From sequence record OP557969.1: a stretch of 64,000 nt of DNA, one strand, 5' to 3'. Within the stretch, counting starts at the first letter, position 1. The number at the start of each line of letters is the position of its first letter. The notes beneath the pieces are model-generated. The model searched no databases and had not been told where the DNA came from. It saw only the letters and a program-made list of their open reading frames with translations. Made by a program: the position numbers and the translations under genes. Below are positions 8,845-18,014 of this stretch, piece by piece.

Positions 8845-9530
8845 TTAAAGATTTAGATAGAATTTTATATGTACTAAGGGGTGTGATTACATTGCATCCA
8901 CAGATTAATCGCATGGAGCGTGTATTTGAATTAAAATCAATAGAAACTCCATATTCACATATATCAAATGTAGTTGGATCATTCAGTACTGAAGACTCTC
9001 CATATGATATTTGTGTATGTGAAGTACAACCAAGTTCGGATATTGGATTTGCTATTTTTGATAAAAATCGAAATCTTATTAGTATGTTTCAGTGCAATAA
9101 TCCTTTTTGGAAAACATGCCTGTATCCAGAGTGGGCTATGCTTGATCCAACAAAGAGTAACATTAAAGTGTACGACTCTAAAAACAAAGAAGTCGTTATT
9201 GATTTGGATGAGTCAATGACTGAGGAAGAACACTTTCAGTTAATGATGTTGCGAGCTATGCCTGAATACAATGCAATGATTAACACTGTGAAATATATTA
9301 ATGATACTATGCAATCATTGCGTACACATGAGTTTTGTCATCCAGTATTGTATGAAAATTTAGATTTAGACTTCAGTACTATTAAATTTAAAGATAATGT
9401 TGTAAATTACATTCAAGAGAATGTTAAATTTGATTTTATTAATACTATGAATAATAATCCAAAAACAAATTTCAGGCATCAGTATAATGAATCGCTCTCT
9501 AATGGACGCGATACCAGTTGGTGGAAATAA
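8841..9530 (+). CDS. Hypothetical protein (family B)
   Basis: TTG start; SMTEEEHFQLMML. Confidence 0.75.
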   Translation: MIKDLDRILYVLRGVITLHPQINRMERVFELKSIETPYSHISNVVGSFSTEDSPYDICVCEVQPSSDIGFAIFDKNRNLISMFQCNNPFWKTCLYPEWAMLDPTKSNIKVYDSKNKEVVIDLDESMTEEEHFQLMMLRAMPEYNAMINTVKYINDTMQSLRTHEFCHPVLYENLDLDFSTIKFKDNVVNYIQENVKFDFINTMNNNPKTNFRHQYNESLSNGRDTSWWK

Positions 9531-9531
9531 T

Positions 9532-9795
9532 ATGAATATCCAAGATAGATTACAATTGTTGTGCACACTTGAACAAGCTGCTTATGAACTTGTTAATAAA
9601 ATCTCTGAAGAACTTCCCAAAGGAACTAGAGTTCGTGTTCGTGAAATGGATTATGTAACGGGTGAAATTGAAGAAAAAGTTTTAACAGTGGTTAAAGTAA
9701 CATACTATGAGTCAGAGCTATCAATTCAATGTAAGTCAGATAATGGTTACATTTCCTACTATGGCACTGATATAGAGATGGAGGTAATCAAATGA
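9532..9795 (+). CDS. Small paralogue, family A
   Basis: LPKGTRVRVRE...KVTYYESELSIQC; ATG 9532 after GGA. Confidence 0.75.
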   Translation: MNIQDRLQLLCTLEQAAYELVNKISEELPKGTRVRVREMDYVTGEIEEKVLTVVKVTYYESELSIQCKSDNGYISYYGTDIEMEVIK

Positions 9796-10934
9796 CCCTT
9801 TTACAAATATATGAAGATTTGATGCACTTATGTAATACCCGTGAGGCTTTCTTTTATGTAGATCATAAAAGTCCTGCTGGTGGCACATATCGTGTATTCA
9901 GTTATCGACTAGCATCATATACTGATTTCATGCAACCGAATGCATTGGAAACCCGTGGTTCTATGTGGGAAATCGATGACGATGGCAACATGATACGTTG
10001 TGCATCACGTTGTATGAAAAAGTTCTTTAATGCTTACGAAAATCCTGCTACGATGTTCCCTGCTGATACCAAATGTGATGACATTGCAGTAGTGATGCCT
10101 AAGTTGGATGGTTCAATTATCAGTTCTTACCGTGATAATGATGGTATTATTCGTTGTAAATCACATACCTCATTGTATTCTGACCATGCAATTAACAGTA
10201 CTCGACTAATTAACGAGAACCAGAATTTGTATCAGTACATTGATGAAGCTGAACGTTTGGGTTACACGGTTAACATGGAGTACACAAGCCCAGAGTACCG
10301 AATCGTATTGCCATATCAGGTAGAACAACTATTTGTTCTAAACGTCCGTCATCGTGTAAGTGGTGAATTGTTGTGTGGTAAAGCATTACGCGAAAAGTTT
10401 CCTTGTCTTTCACAGTACAGCACCAATATGACAGGTAAAGATATTCATCACACGTTTCCGGTAAGAAATACATTTCGTGAAAGTGTTGAAGAAGTTCATA
10501 AAATGCTTGATATTGAGGGTTTTGTTTGTATTCTAAAAGATGGGACAATGTGTAAAATAAAGACGGATTGGTATAGTTCATTACATCTAACAAAAGACAG
10601 TATCATTATTGATTCACATTTGTTCGAAGCTGTGTTAAATGGTTCAAGTGACGACTTGAAACAATTATTCAGTACTGACGAATATGCTATGCAAAAGATA
10701 TTGAGAATGGAACAATTGGTATTTTCGTGCTATAATTCATTACAAGATGAGGTAGAAAACTTCGTCAATACACACAAGCACTTGGGACGAAAGGAATTCG
10801 CAATGAAGGTTCAGGAGTGTTTGACTAATGAACTAAATCGTCAGGGCTTGGCCTTTGCAATGTATAACAATAAGTATGTTGATTATAAAGAAACTCTTAT
10901 CAAATACATGAAAGTAGTACTAAAGGACTTTTAG
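9792..10934 (+). CDS. rnlA: RNA ligase 1 (T4 RnlA family)
   Basis: FSYRLASY, ETRG, MKKFFN, KLDGS (KxDG adenylation motif), TVNMEY, IEGFV, CKIKTDWY. Confidence 0.93.
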   Translation: MTLLQIYEDLMHLCNTREAFFYVDHKSPAGGTYRVFSYRLASYTDFMQPNALETRGSMWEIDDDGNMIRCASRCMKKFFNAYENPATMFPADTKCDDIAVVMPKLDGSIISSYRDNDGIIRCKSHTSLYSDHAINSTRLINENQNLYQYIDEAERLGYTVNMEYTSPEYRIVLPYQVEQLFVLNVRHRVSGELLCGKALREKFPCLSQYSTNMTGKDIHHTFPVRNTFRESVEEVHKMLDIEGFVCILKDGTMCKIKTDWYSSLHLTKDSIIIDSHLFEAVLNGSSDDLKQLFSTDEYAMQKILRMEQLVFSCYNSLQDEVENFVNTHKHLGRKEFAMKVQECLTNELNRQGLAFAMYNNKYVDYKETLIKYMKVVLKDF

Positions 10935-10963
10935 TATAATCTATAGCCTAAGCACAAGGAGAA

Positions 10964-11221
10964 GTGATGGCTAAACCTAAGTATAGAAATGACGGTTCCC
11001 TTTCTCCAACAGAGTTCAGGAAGATACAAGAAGAAATCGATACATTACAGCACAAACGCTCTAAGAAAGGTGTGAAGATTAGTAAGAAACGAATCGAGAA
11101 TACTTTCGGTTGTAGTAGTACTGAATATAAAAAGAAAAGGAAACCGAAAGATGTTAGACCGAGAATATATGATATTACTCGTTATACATCAAGACGTGAA
11201 AATAAGTTTGATCCACTATAA
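10964..11221 (+). CDS. Basic hypothetical protein
   Basis: Lys/Arg-rich 85 aa; SD AAGGAG. Confidence 0.75.
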   Translation: MMAKPKYRNDGSLSPTEFRKIQEEIDTLQHKRSKKGVKISKKRIENTFGCSSTEYKKKRKPKDVRPRIYDITRYTSRRENKFDPL

Positions 11222-11230
11222 GGAGTTCAT

Positions 11231-11461
11231 ATGAAAGTTGAAGTTCAGCATAGTATTGTTCAAGATATGTCGGTAGTGAAATTTCATTCTCTGAAAGATT
11301 ACTTCAGGTGTATCAAGTTTCTAGAAGAATCTCATTTACAGTGGACTCCATTGAAATACAGTTCATTTAATGATACAGCTAGTATTCGTTGTGATGAATC
11401 TGTACTTGTAAAAATTACAAAACGATTTGGGTTAGGTAAAATTAATGAGCACAGTAAATGA
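11231..11461 (+). CDS. Hypothetical protein
   Basis: ORF track; SD AAGGAG. Confidence 0.75.
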   Translation: MKVEVQHSIVQDMSVVKFHSLKDYFRCIKFLEESHLQWTPLKYSSFNDTASIRCDESVLVKITKRFGLGKINEHSK

Positions 11462-11699
11462 CCTAAAATACTACAACCAAACTGCGGATACCTTTATTAC
11501 CCATTTATATGAAGAATTCAGTCGTATCCGCAATGAATATACTGGTAAATGTATTTTATATAGCTTTTATCATAGTGGTGAAATTGAACTTGCTTACATT
11601 ACTAAAGTGAAGTTTTCAGATGACTATCAATTACTCTTTGAATTAGACAATAGTTTCGTTATTGAAGCTAATTTGATAGTTGATGTACTAGATAAGTGA
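11445..11699 (+). CDS. Small paralogue, family A
   Basis: IRNEYTGKCILY. Confidence 0.75.
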   Translation: MSTVNDLKYYNQTADTFITHLYEEFSRIRNEYTGKCILYSFYHSGEIELAYITKVKFSDDYQLLFELDNSFVIEANLIVDVLDK

Positions 11700-11705
11700 G
11701 GACAC

Positions 11706-12020
11706 ATGAATAAAGAACTTGCTCAAAAAGGCATTGATCAGTTAAAGTACATTGAAAAGGAACTAATAGAATCAGTTGAATTAATGGTCGAAGATTTCGT
11801 GTTTGATTTTAAGAAAACATTGATTGGATGTAAAGTCAAATGCTGGGACCATACTATCAGGGAATGGTTTAGTACTATAATCCTTGATGTTAAAGTATCG
11901 CGTACTGCTTTTGGTAACTTAGTAAATGGTGAATGCTTTGTATACACTGAATACAATAACGGAACAAGACACCTTTCAAAAGGATGGCACAGACTCGAAG
12001 ATGTAGAATTCATTGAGTAG
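11706..12020 (+). CDS. Small paralogue, family A
   Basis: FKKTLIGCKVKCWD; SD GAGGA. Confidence 0.75.
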   Translation: MNKELAQKGIDQLKYIEKELIESVELMVEDFVFDFKKTLIGCKVKCWDHTIREWFSTIILDVKVSRTAFGNLVNGECFVYTEYNNGTRHLSKGWHRLEDVEFIE

Positions 12021-12032
12021 TAAGGAGTAATA

Positions 12033-12965
12033 ATGCCGACTATCACACTAACAGTTGGTTTACCTGGATGTGGTAAAACAACATGGGCAGTACAAGAGAT
12101 TAAAAAAGCCAAATCCAAGACTATCAATATCAACCGTGATGATATTCGTGAATCGATGGCTGGGTCACATGATGCTTACAAATTCAATGATGCTAATGAG
12201 AAGTACGTAACTAATTTACAGTTCAGTGCAGCAAAATTAGCAGCAGAGAATGGTTGGAATATTATTGTATCCGACACAAACCTTAAACCACATTTCCGTG
12301 AACAATGGAAAATGTGGGCTAAAGATAATGGTTATGATTATAAAGAAAAGAACTTCTATGATGATTTTGTACCAAAGGAAGACCGTGGTGCAGATGTTCA
12401 TGAATTCTTTAAGATTAAAGAGTTTGTAAAACTTTGTAAGAAATATAACCTCCAGCGTGAGCGTTCAGTACAAGATAATATCATTGACACAATGGCAGAT
12501 ACGTACTATTATAGTAAGGCATTGCATATTGGTTACTATGGTAATTCTCGTGAAGAAGCGATTATCGTTGATATCGATGGAACTCTTGCTCATAAATGGA
12601 ACCGCAATCCATTTGATGAAAGTACAGTTCTCCAAGATACACCAGACGAAGAAGTTATTTTGTCTGTTATCGCCGAAGCAGTTTTTCATAAACGCAAGAT
12701 TATTGTCATGAGTGGTCGTACTGAAGGGTGTCGTGCTGACACAGAACAGTGGTTGAAGAATTGGGGTGTTCCCTACGATGCATTGTTTATGCGAGGCATT
12801 GATGATAAACGTCCCGATGATGTTGTTAAATTCGACCTGTACATGAAAAATGTGGTTGATCATTACGATGTTAAAAAAGTATATGATGACAGAGCACAAG
12901 TCGTATTCATGTGGCGTAAACTACTTGGATTGAAAGTGATGCAAGTTGCGGAAGGAAATTTTTAG
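12033..12965 (+). CDS. pseT: Polynucleotide 5'-kinase/3'-phosphatase
   Basis: P-loop GLPGCGKTT, NRDDIR, IIVSDTNL; HAD domain DIDGT, SGR, RPDDVVK, YDDR. Confidence 0.95.
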   Translation: MPTITLTVGLPGCGKTTWAVQEIKKAKSKTININRDDIRESMAGSHDAYKFNDANEKYVTNLQFSAAKLAAENGWNIIVSDTNLKPHFREQWKMWAKDNGYDYKEKNFYDDFVPKEDRGADVHEFFKIKEFVKLCKKYNLQRERSVQDNIIDTMADTYYYSKALHIGYYGNSREEAIIVDIDGTLAHKWNRNPFDESTVLQDTPDEEVILSVIAEAVFHKRKIIVMSGRTEGCRADTEQWLKNWGVPYDALFMRGIDDKRPDDVVKFDLYMKNVVDHYDVKKVYDDRAQVVFMWRKLLGLKVMQVAEGNF

Positions 12966-12969
12966 TACA

Positions 12970-13000
12970 AAAAGGGATCAGTATATGATCCCTTTTTCTT
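12970..13000 (+). terminator. Intrinsic terminator
   Basis: AAAAGGGATCA/TGATCCCTTTT stem plus T tract. Confidence 0.85.
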
Positions 13001-13015
13001 TTAAGGTACATTATA

Positions 13016-13192
13016 GTGAATGTAACAACACAAATGTTATTACGAAAAGATTATTTAGAAAATATAGAAAGATTCTATAGAATGTCTTTGTATGAAAATA
13101 AGCATAAAAATTATAATTTTGATAAACTGCTAAATTCCAGTACTGATGATTATTTATTTTCATCAATGTTTTATGTGAGAGGATTATTGTAA
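13016..13192 (+). CDS. Small hypothetical protein (58 aa, below ORF-track cutoff)
   Basis: GTG start after AAGGT; its stop overlaps the next ATG; fills an otherwise empty gap. Confidence 0.5.
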   Translation: MNVTTQMLLRKDYLENIERFYRMSLYENKHKNYNFDKLLNSSTDDYLFSSMFYVRGLL

Positions 13193-13452
13193 TGGATAAA
13201 TTTCATACAGATATAACACAGATAGGTAACCTTATCAATAGTCTAATTACTGATTTAGAAGAAAAGTACTTAGGGCGAAATGTATACGTAGAAATGTATG
13301 AAACATATGGTGTTATTGATATGATTTATTATAGTGCATTGAAATATGAAATACGTTTAACTGTATGTTTATATGAAAAAGGTACATTTAAAAGAAGTTC
13401 TGCAATCCGTCAAGTCGGAGTTGACGACATTGAATTATACGAGGAACAATGA
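13192..13452 (+). CDS. Small paralogue, family A
   Basis: LEEKYLGRNVYV. Confidence 0.75.
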   Translation: MDKFHTDITQIGNLINSLITDLEEKYLGRNVYVEMYETYGVIDMIYYSALKYEIRLTVCLYEKGTFKRSSAIRQVGVDDIELYEEQ

Positions 13453-13703
13453 TGTTTGAGCAGGACTTAGAGCTATTCAAAAGTTATATTGAGTACTTAG
13501 TTACTTTAGAAAAAGAGCTAACTGCAAAGTACAAGGGTGTTCGTGTTCAGTGCTGGTATGACGATTGTGATTATAAACGTGAACTTATTATTGACCGAAT
13601 ATATTTCATCGATGGTGTATTGAATGTACATGGTGTTAATGATTTTGGACATTCATATACTTATTCAAATAATGCAAAATTCAAGAGGATTGACAATGAA
13701 TGA
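13449..13703 (+). CDS. Small paralogue, family A
   Basis: LTAKYKGVRVQC...IDRIYFIDGVLNVHG. Confidence 0.75.
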   Translation: MMFEQDLELFKSYIEYLVTLEKELTAKYKGVRVQCWYDDCDYKRELIIDRIYFIDGVLNVHGVNDFGHSYTYSNNAKFKRIDNE

Positions 13704-13998
13704 GTATTATCAAAATTTATTCAAATACATAAAACTAATAGATGATCTTGCTTTTGATTTTCTTAGTACTGATAAAGTTGATGAGCCTTTATATTATGAT
13801 TGTATTGGTTCACTTTGTTCATATGAAAAAGAAATATTAGAAAACAATTTACCATCAACGCTCTGTATTATCAATGGTTCTAAAGCGGTGGTGGTAGATG
13901 TTAATTTTTATAAATCACTTAATACAATTGTTTACAAGTTTGATAACACTGGGTTTAATCATATAACAGGTAATATTAAATCTGTGAGGTTCTTATGA
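13696..13998 (+). CDS. Hypothetical protein, probably family A
   Basis: ORF track 13624-13998; ATG 13696 after GAGGA. Confidence 0.7.
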   Translation: MNEYYQNLFKYIKLIDDLAFDFLSTDKVDEPLYYDCIGSLCSYEKEILENNLPSTLCIINGSKAVVVDVNFYKSLNTIVYKFDNTGFNHITGNIKSVRFL

Positions 13999-14291
13999 AT
14001 TTAAAACATTTGTTAGAACAGGCTCATTTATTGTATAGCTGTGCTGATGGTTCTGGTAAGGAGTATAGTGAAGTTTATTTAGAACTGTTTAGAACGGAAA
14101 TACACATAATTAGAAGATACTTAATTGATAATAAAACTGAAGTAAAAGTTAGATACCATAATGGTACTTTAAAGAATGGTATAATTATTGGATTGATAGT
14201 TTCACGAATGTCTAGTAATATTAAAGTTGCAATTAGATTAATGACTGATGATGGTGTCTACACCATAGAAGTAAGTGAGATTATATATTAA
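13995..14291 (+). CDS. Small paralogue, family A
   Basis: TEVKVRYHNGTLKNGIIIGLIV. Confidence 0.7.
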   Translation: MNLKHLLEQAHLLYSCADGSGKEYSEVYLELFRTEIHIIRRYLIDNKTEVKVRYHNGTLKNGIIIGLIVSRMSSNIKVAIRLMTDDGVYTIEVSEIIY

Positions 14292-14597
14292 ATGGATATA
14301 CAAACATTCAATAAACTTAAGTACTACGACAATGGTTTTACTATTATTATTAATGAACTGGATGGGATACCATATGAGTATCATAATGGTGTAATGAAAA
14401 TATTAAAAAGTATTTGTGATGATTTAAAAACTATATTTGAAAATGAATATGTTTACGACTTAGGCATAAACAATAAAAAATTATACATAAAGAAATTCAG
14501 TGGGACGCATTGTGGGCTGATGGTTAATTTGGGTTTATGTGCTGACAATAATTTTGAAGCATGTAGTTTATATCTGGATGAAATGCGAATCTCATGA
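14292..14597 (+). CDS. Hypothetical protein, probably family A
   Basis: ORF track; abuts previous gene. Confidence 0.7.
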   Translation: MDIQTFNKLKYYDNGFTIIINELDGIPYEYHNGVMKILKSICDDLKTIFENEYVYDLGINNKKLYIKKFSGTHCGLMVNLGLCADNNFEACSLYLDEMRIS

Positions 14598-14623
14598 GAC
14601 ATATCTTGAATCGGTGATATAAT
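14596..14623 (+). promoter_or_regulatory. Sigma70-like early promoter
   Basis: GAGACA-16 nt-TATAAT with GTGA before -10. Confidence 0.6.
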
Positions 14624-14655
14624 TTCATTACAACACTGACAATGGAGTAGATGTT

Positions 14656-14985
14656 GTGGATGACGATTTTTTTAAAACGTTGGATAAAACGATAGTTATT
14701 CTATCTAGTTCATTAATGCACATTTTCAGTACTGATAATTCTTATAGTTCACATACATTTGATTTAATATGTAATAACTATGTAAATGGTATATCAGATG
14801 ATTTATGTCCATTTATTGCATATTTACTCGATGATAGTGAAGAATTTAATATATGCAACATTAGTTGTGGATTTGGTGATTGGATTGTGTTAAATGAACG
14901 TGGTGGGATCTGTTTATACACCGAAGATATTGGTAAATTTATATATAAAGGAGTAGAATATGTTAACAATCGCAGCAGTTATTAG
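14656..14985 (+). CDS. Hypothetical protein
   Basis: GTG start after GGAG. Confidence 0.7.
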   Translation: MDDDFFKTLDKTIVILSSSLMHIFSTDNSYSSHTFDLICNNYVNGISDDLCPFIAYLLDDSEEFNICNISCGFGDWIVLNERGGICLYTEDIGKFIYKGVEYVNNRSSY

Positions 14986-15550
14986 TGTACTAGGCGTAGC
15001 CATTACAGGTATGCTTGCTTACAATTACAACCGTAGTGTTATCGGTTATGTACTACTTAGTCTAGTACTAACACCAGTACTAGCCATCGTTACTTTATTA
15101 GTATTAGGTGAACGTAAAATCAACTTCATTATTAATGATAAACGTGATCAAGTTACACCCGAACCCGAAAAAGTTATCAATGAAGAACGAGAAGAGCAAA
15201 AAGTTGAAGTTCAAATGAAAGTGAATGTTCACAACGCACTTGATGAAACTGACCCTAAAGTTAATATTACTGTTGTTCCTAAAGTCAATGAAGTAAAGCC
15301 TAAAACAGCAACAAAAAGTTCTAAATCAAAGAAAAGCACCAAGACCACAAAGAAAGCTCGCAACACAAAAGGTAAGAATAAAAACAAAGTTCAAGATGAA
15401 CCACAACAAGACACACATGATCATACTTCCCATATTATTACAGCAGCTACAACCGCAGCAGTTGTGACACCATATATCTCTTCTGCTGATACTGGTTCAT
15501 ATGATAGCTCTAGCTGTGATTCAAACACTAGTTCTGGAAGCGGTGATTAA
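14960..15550 (+). CDS. Membrane protein with Lys-rich and Ser/Gly-rich C-terminal low-complexity regions
   Basis: Two N-terminal TM segments; KSSKSKKSTKTTKK; SSSCDSNTSSGSGD. Confidence 0.8.
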   Translation: MLTIAAVISVLGVAITGMLAYNYNRSVIGYVLLSLVLTPVLAIVTLLVLGERKINFIINDKRDQVTPEPEKVINEEREEQKVEVQMKVNVHNALDETDPKVNITVVPKVNEVKPKTATKSSKSKKSTKTTKKARNTKGKNKNKVQDEPQQDTHDHTSHIITAATTAAVVTPYISSADTGSYDSSSCDSNTSSGSGD

Positions 15551-15552
15551 CA

Positions 15553-15885
15553 ATGAAACATCTTGTACAATATAATCAGTACTTGATTTCATTACACAAA
15601 ATGAAAGATGATTTCTTTAGAAGTGCTGAGATTGAACTCGTTGGTAAGATAGTAAAATTTACTGACGAGTATATCAAAAGATACACTGACATAGATGATG
15701 ACCCAGAGTATGAATCATACTACCAGTACATAAATCAATATACTAGAATGCGAATTGTTGGAATTTTAAAATTCGGTATACGATTAGTTGCACATGTGGA
15801 ATTCATCAATTACGAAGCAATTGATGCAGCAGCCTTTGGGGATGAAATTAGTTTAGATCATCTTATACTAGTTGATGAGGAATAA
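15553..15885 (+). CDS. Small paralogue, family A
   Basis: AEIELVGKIVKF. Confidence 0.75.
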   Translation: MKHLVQYNQYLISLHKMKDDFFRSAEIELVGKIVKFTDEYIKRYTDIDDDPEYESYYQYINQYTRMRIVGILKFGIRLVAHVEFINYEAIDAAAFGDEISLDHLILVDEE

Positions 15886-15887
15886 TA

Positions 15888-16103
15888 ATGATTACATTTT
15901 TTGCAATATATGGGTTTGTTGCGTTTTGTTCATTTATATGTAACTTTCTAGTACTAAATTGGAATTGTTTCAAAGATGAAATCATAACTGCAATGAGTCT
16001 GCAATCAGCAGCACTAATGGCTATAATTTGGCCTGTAACTATGGTGTATCTTTTTATCTCAATAATAAAAGATATCACATCCCACTTCAAGAGAAAGAAA
16101 TAA
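15888..16103 (+). CDS. Small membrane protein
   Basis: Two hydrophobic segments; AIIWP; basic tail. Confidence 0.75.
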   Translation: MITFFAIYGFVAFCSFICNFLVLNWNCFKDEIITAMSLQSAALMAIIWPVTMVYLFISIIKDITSHFKRKK

Positions 16104-16354
16104 TGTTTAACACAGACTATTCACATTTACGATATCTTATGTCTTTGGCTGATGATTTTATTAATGATTTGAAGCCTAAGTATATTGGACAGGAAGTAAG
16201 TTTGATAAACTCTAGGGGTTATGGAAAGTACATTATTACTGATATGTATATTAGCGGTGGAGAATGGCGTTTCAAAGTTAATACGTATCTTAAAGATGGT
16301 TCTTTTGCAGGTACACAAGTTACAAAACACACTAACATTATATGGTTGAAATAA
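16103..16354 (+). CDS. Small paralogue, family A
   Basis: LKPKYIGQEVSL; ATG overlaps previous stop. Confidence 0.75.
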   Translation: MFNTDYSHLRYLMSLADDFINDLKPKYIGQEVSLINSRGYGKYIITDMYISGGEWRFKVNTYLKDGSFAGTQVTKHTNIIWLK

Positions 16355-16356
16355 TA

Positions 16357-17100
16357 ATGAAACATTTCTTAGAAGTTACAGTACCGGATGATAAAGATTT
16401 ATATATTGTTGGTGATTTACATGGTAATGGAAAACTGTGGGACGCGACTAAGAAAGAGTTCGGTGTCACCAACGAAGATTACGTGTTTTCTGTTGGTGAT
16501 GTTATTGACCGTGGTGACCAGAACTCTAAGCTTCTATTTGAATTCCTTTTCGGTGAAAACCGTTTTATGATTACTGGGAACCACGAGATGATGTGTGTTG
16601 ATTCTGAAACTCATCGTGACTGGTATCACTGTTGGGTCCAAAATGGTGGAGATAAGTTCATTGATGAAGTTGGGGTAACAGGCATTCAATTCTTTCGTCA
16701 GTACTTAAATGATCTCCCTATGATTATCCAAATCAATCACCGAGGATTGAAGATTGGGTTAGTTCATGCAGGTGTTCCATTGGAATATACAACATGGGAA
16801 CGTTTCGTTAATGGGACAAAATCACTTAGTGCTGATATAATTGAGAAGTGCTTGTGGGAACGTGATACATTTGACTACTGCAAGAAAAATAACACATATT
16901 ACGCCCCTAGACTTGATGGTATCCATTGCGTATTTAGTGGTCATACCGCAGTATCTGACCCACTCATTTATGGTAATCGTATTTGGATTGATAGTCAGTT
17001 TTTAACAGGTGATTTGACTCTTGCAACTCCACAAAGCGGTGGGATGAGATACTTACGTAAAGAAAAAGATGAGTACTCATTCAATCGTTTCAAAAGGTAA
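16357..17100 (+). CDS. Ser/Thr protein phosphatase (lambda NinI/PphA-like)
   Basis: GDLHG, GDVIDRG, GNHE, NGG, LVHAG, SGHT motifs. Confidence 0.9.
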   Translation: MKHFLEVTVPDDKDLYIVGDLHGNGKLWDATKKEFGVTNEDYVFSVGDVIDRGDQNSKLLFEFLFGENRFMITGNHEMMCVDSETHRDWYHCWVQNGGDKFIDEVGVTGIQFFRQYLNDLPMIIQINHRGLKIGLVHAGVPLEYTTWERFVNGTKSLSADIIEKCLWERDTFDYCKKNNTYYAPRLDGIHCVFSGHTAVSDPLIYGNRIWIDSQFLTGDLTLATPQSGGMRYLRKEKDEYSFNRFKR

Positions 17101-17105
17101 TAATT

Positions 17106-17366
17106 ATGCATGACGTAATTAAAAAATACTTAAATGATAGATATGTCCTGACAAAATCTATTAATTCTATACTAAAAGACCATGCTAATCAAATACATGA
17201 GATTCTATCCGAGAAACTTATTGGTTGTTCAGTTGAATTTGACTACAAAAAGAATATCGGAGTTATTCGACGTGTAGTTGATGTTTATGAACAAAATGTA
17301 TATGTTGAAATTGTATATGATGGTAAATTATTACAACTAAGTACTGAAGATTTGACATTTTTATAA
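17106..17366 (+). CDS. Small paralogue, family A
   Basis: LSEKLIGCSVEF. Confidence 0.75.
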   Translation: MHDVIKKYLNDRYVLTKSINSILKDHANQIHEILSEKLIGCSVEFDYKKNIGVIRRVVDVYEQNVYVEIVYDGKLLQLSTEDLTFL

Positions 17367-17376
17367 GGAAATAGAA

Positions 17377-17604
17377 ATGAAAGTAATTCAAGTTATGGTA
17401 GAAAAATACCAAACTGAAGATGGTCGCATTTTTGATTCAGCAAAACAAGCTGAACATCATGAACGTATTATTTCTGGTACACGTAAAGTGTGTCCTACAT
17501 GTAATGGAACACAACAAGTACCGTCAGAGGATTACCGCAGCTTTTATGCTTGTCCACAGTGTGACGGTAAAGGTTACGTAGAAAAACAAGAGGTATGGAA
17601 ATGA
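17377..17604 (+). CDS. Small protein with DnaJ-type zinc-finger motifs
   Basis: CPTCNG...CPQCDGKG. Confidence 0.75.
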   Translation: MKVIQVMVEKYQTEDGRIFDSAKQAEHHERIISGTRKVCPTCNGTQQVPSEDYRSFYACPQCDGKGYVEKQEVWK

Positions 17605-18014
17605 AATTATATTGCTTAACTAATATGTATTGTCAAGGTGTCCAAGCTGGTATTCAAGCATTTCATGCTGGAGTTAAACTAATCAAAGAATATGAAGGTT
17701 CTTCGTTCAGTACTATGATTGATGAATGGTACAATGAGCATGAAACTATTGTAGTACTAAATGCGGGTGGACATGATAAATTAAATTCTTATTATAAAGA
17801 CCTTAACAAACAGGGAACAGTTCCGTTTGCCAAATTCAATGAAGCTGGATTGAATGATGCTATTACATGTATAGCAGTACTGTGTACATCTGAAATGGTT
17901 GAAGATATGTCTATTATGCGTATGAATCTTCCTGCTGGTGATCAGTTAATGCAGGTGAAATATGGATCATTATTTGACACATTAAAAGCAATTAGTACTA
18001 TGAGGACTATTTGA
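17601..18014 (+). CDS. Peptidyl-tRNA hydrolase type 2-like protein
   Basis: GVQAGIQAFHA, TIVVLNAGG, KFNEAGLNDAITCIAV match the PTH2 pattern. Confidence 0.7.
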   Translation: MKLYCLTNMYCQGVQAGIQAFHAGVKLIKEYEGSSFSTMIDEWYNEHETIVVLNAGGHDKLNSYYKDLNKQGTVPFAKFNEAGLNDAITCIAVLCTSEMVEDMSIMRMNLPAGDQLMQVKYGSLFDTLKAISTMRTI

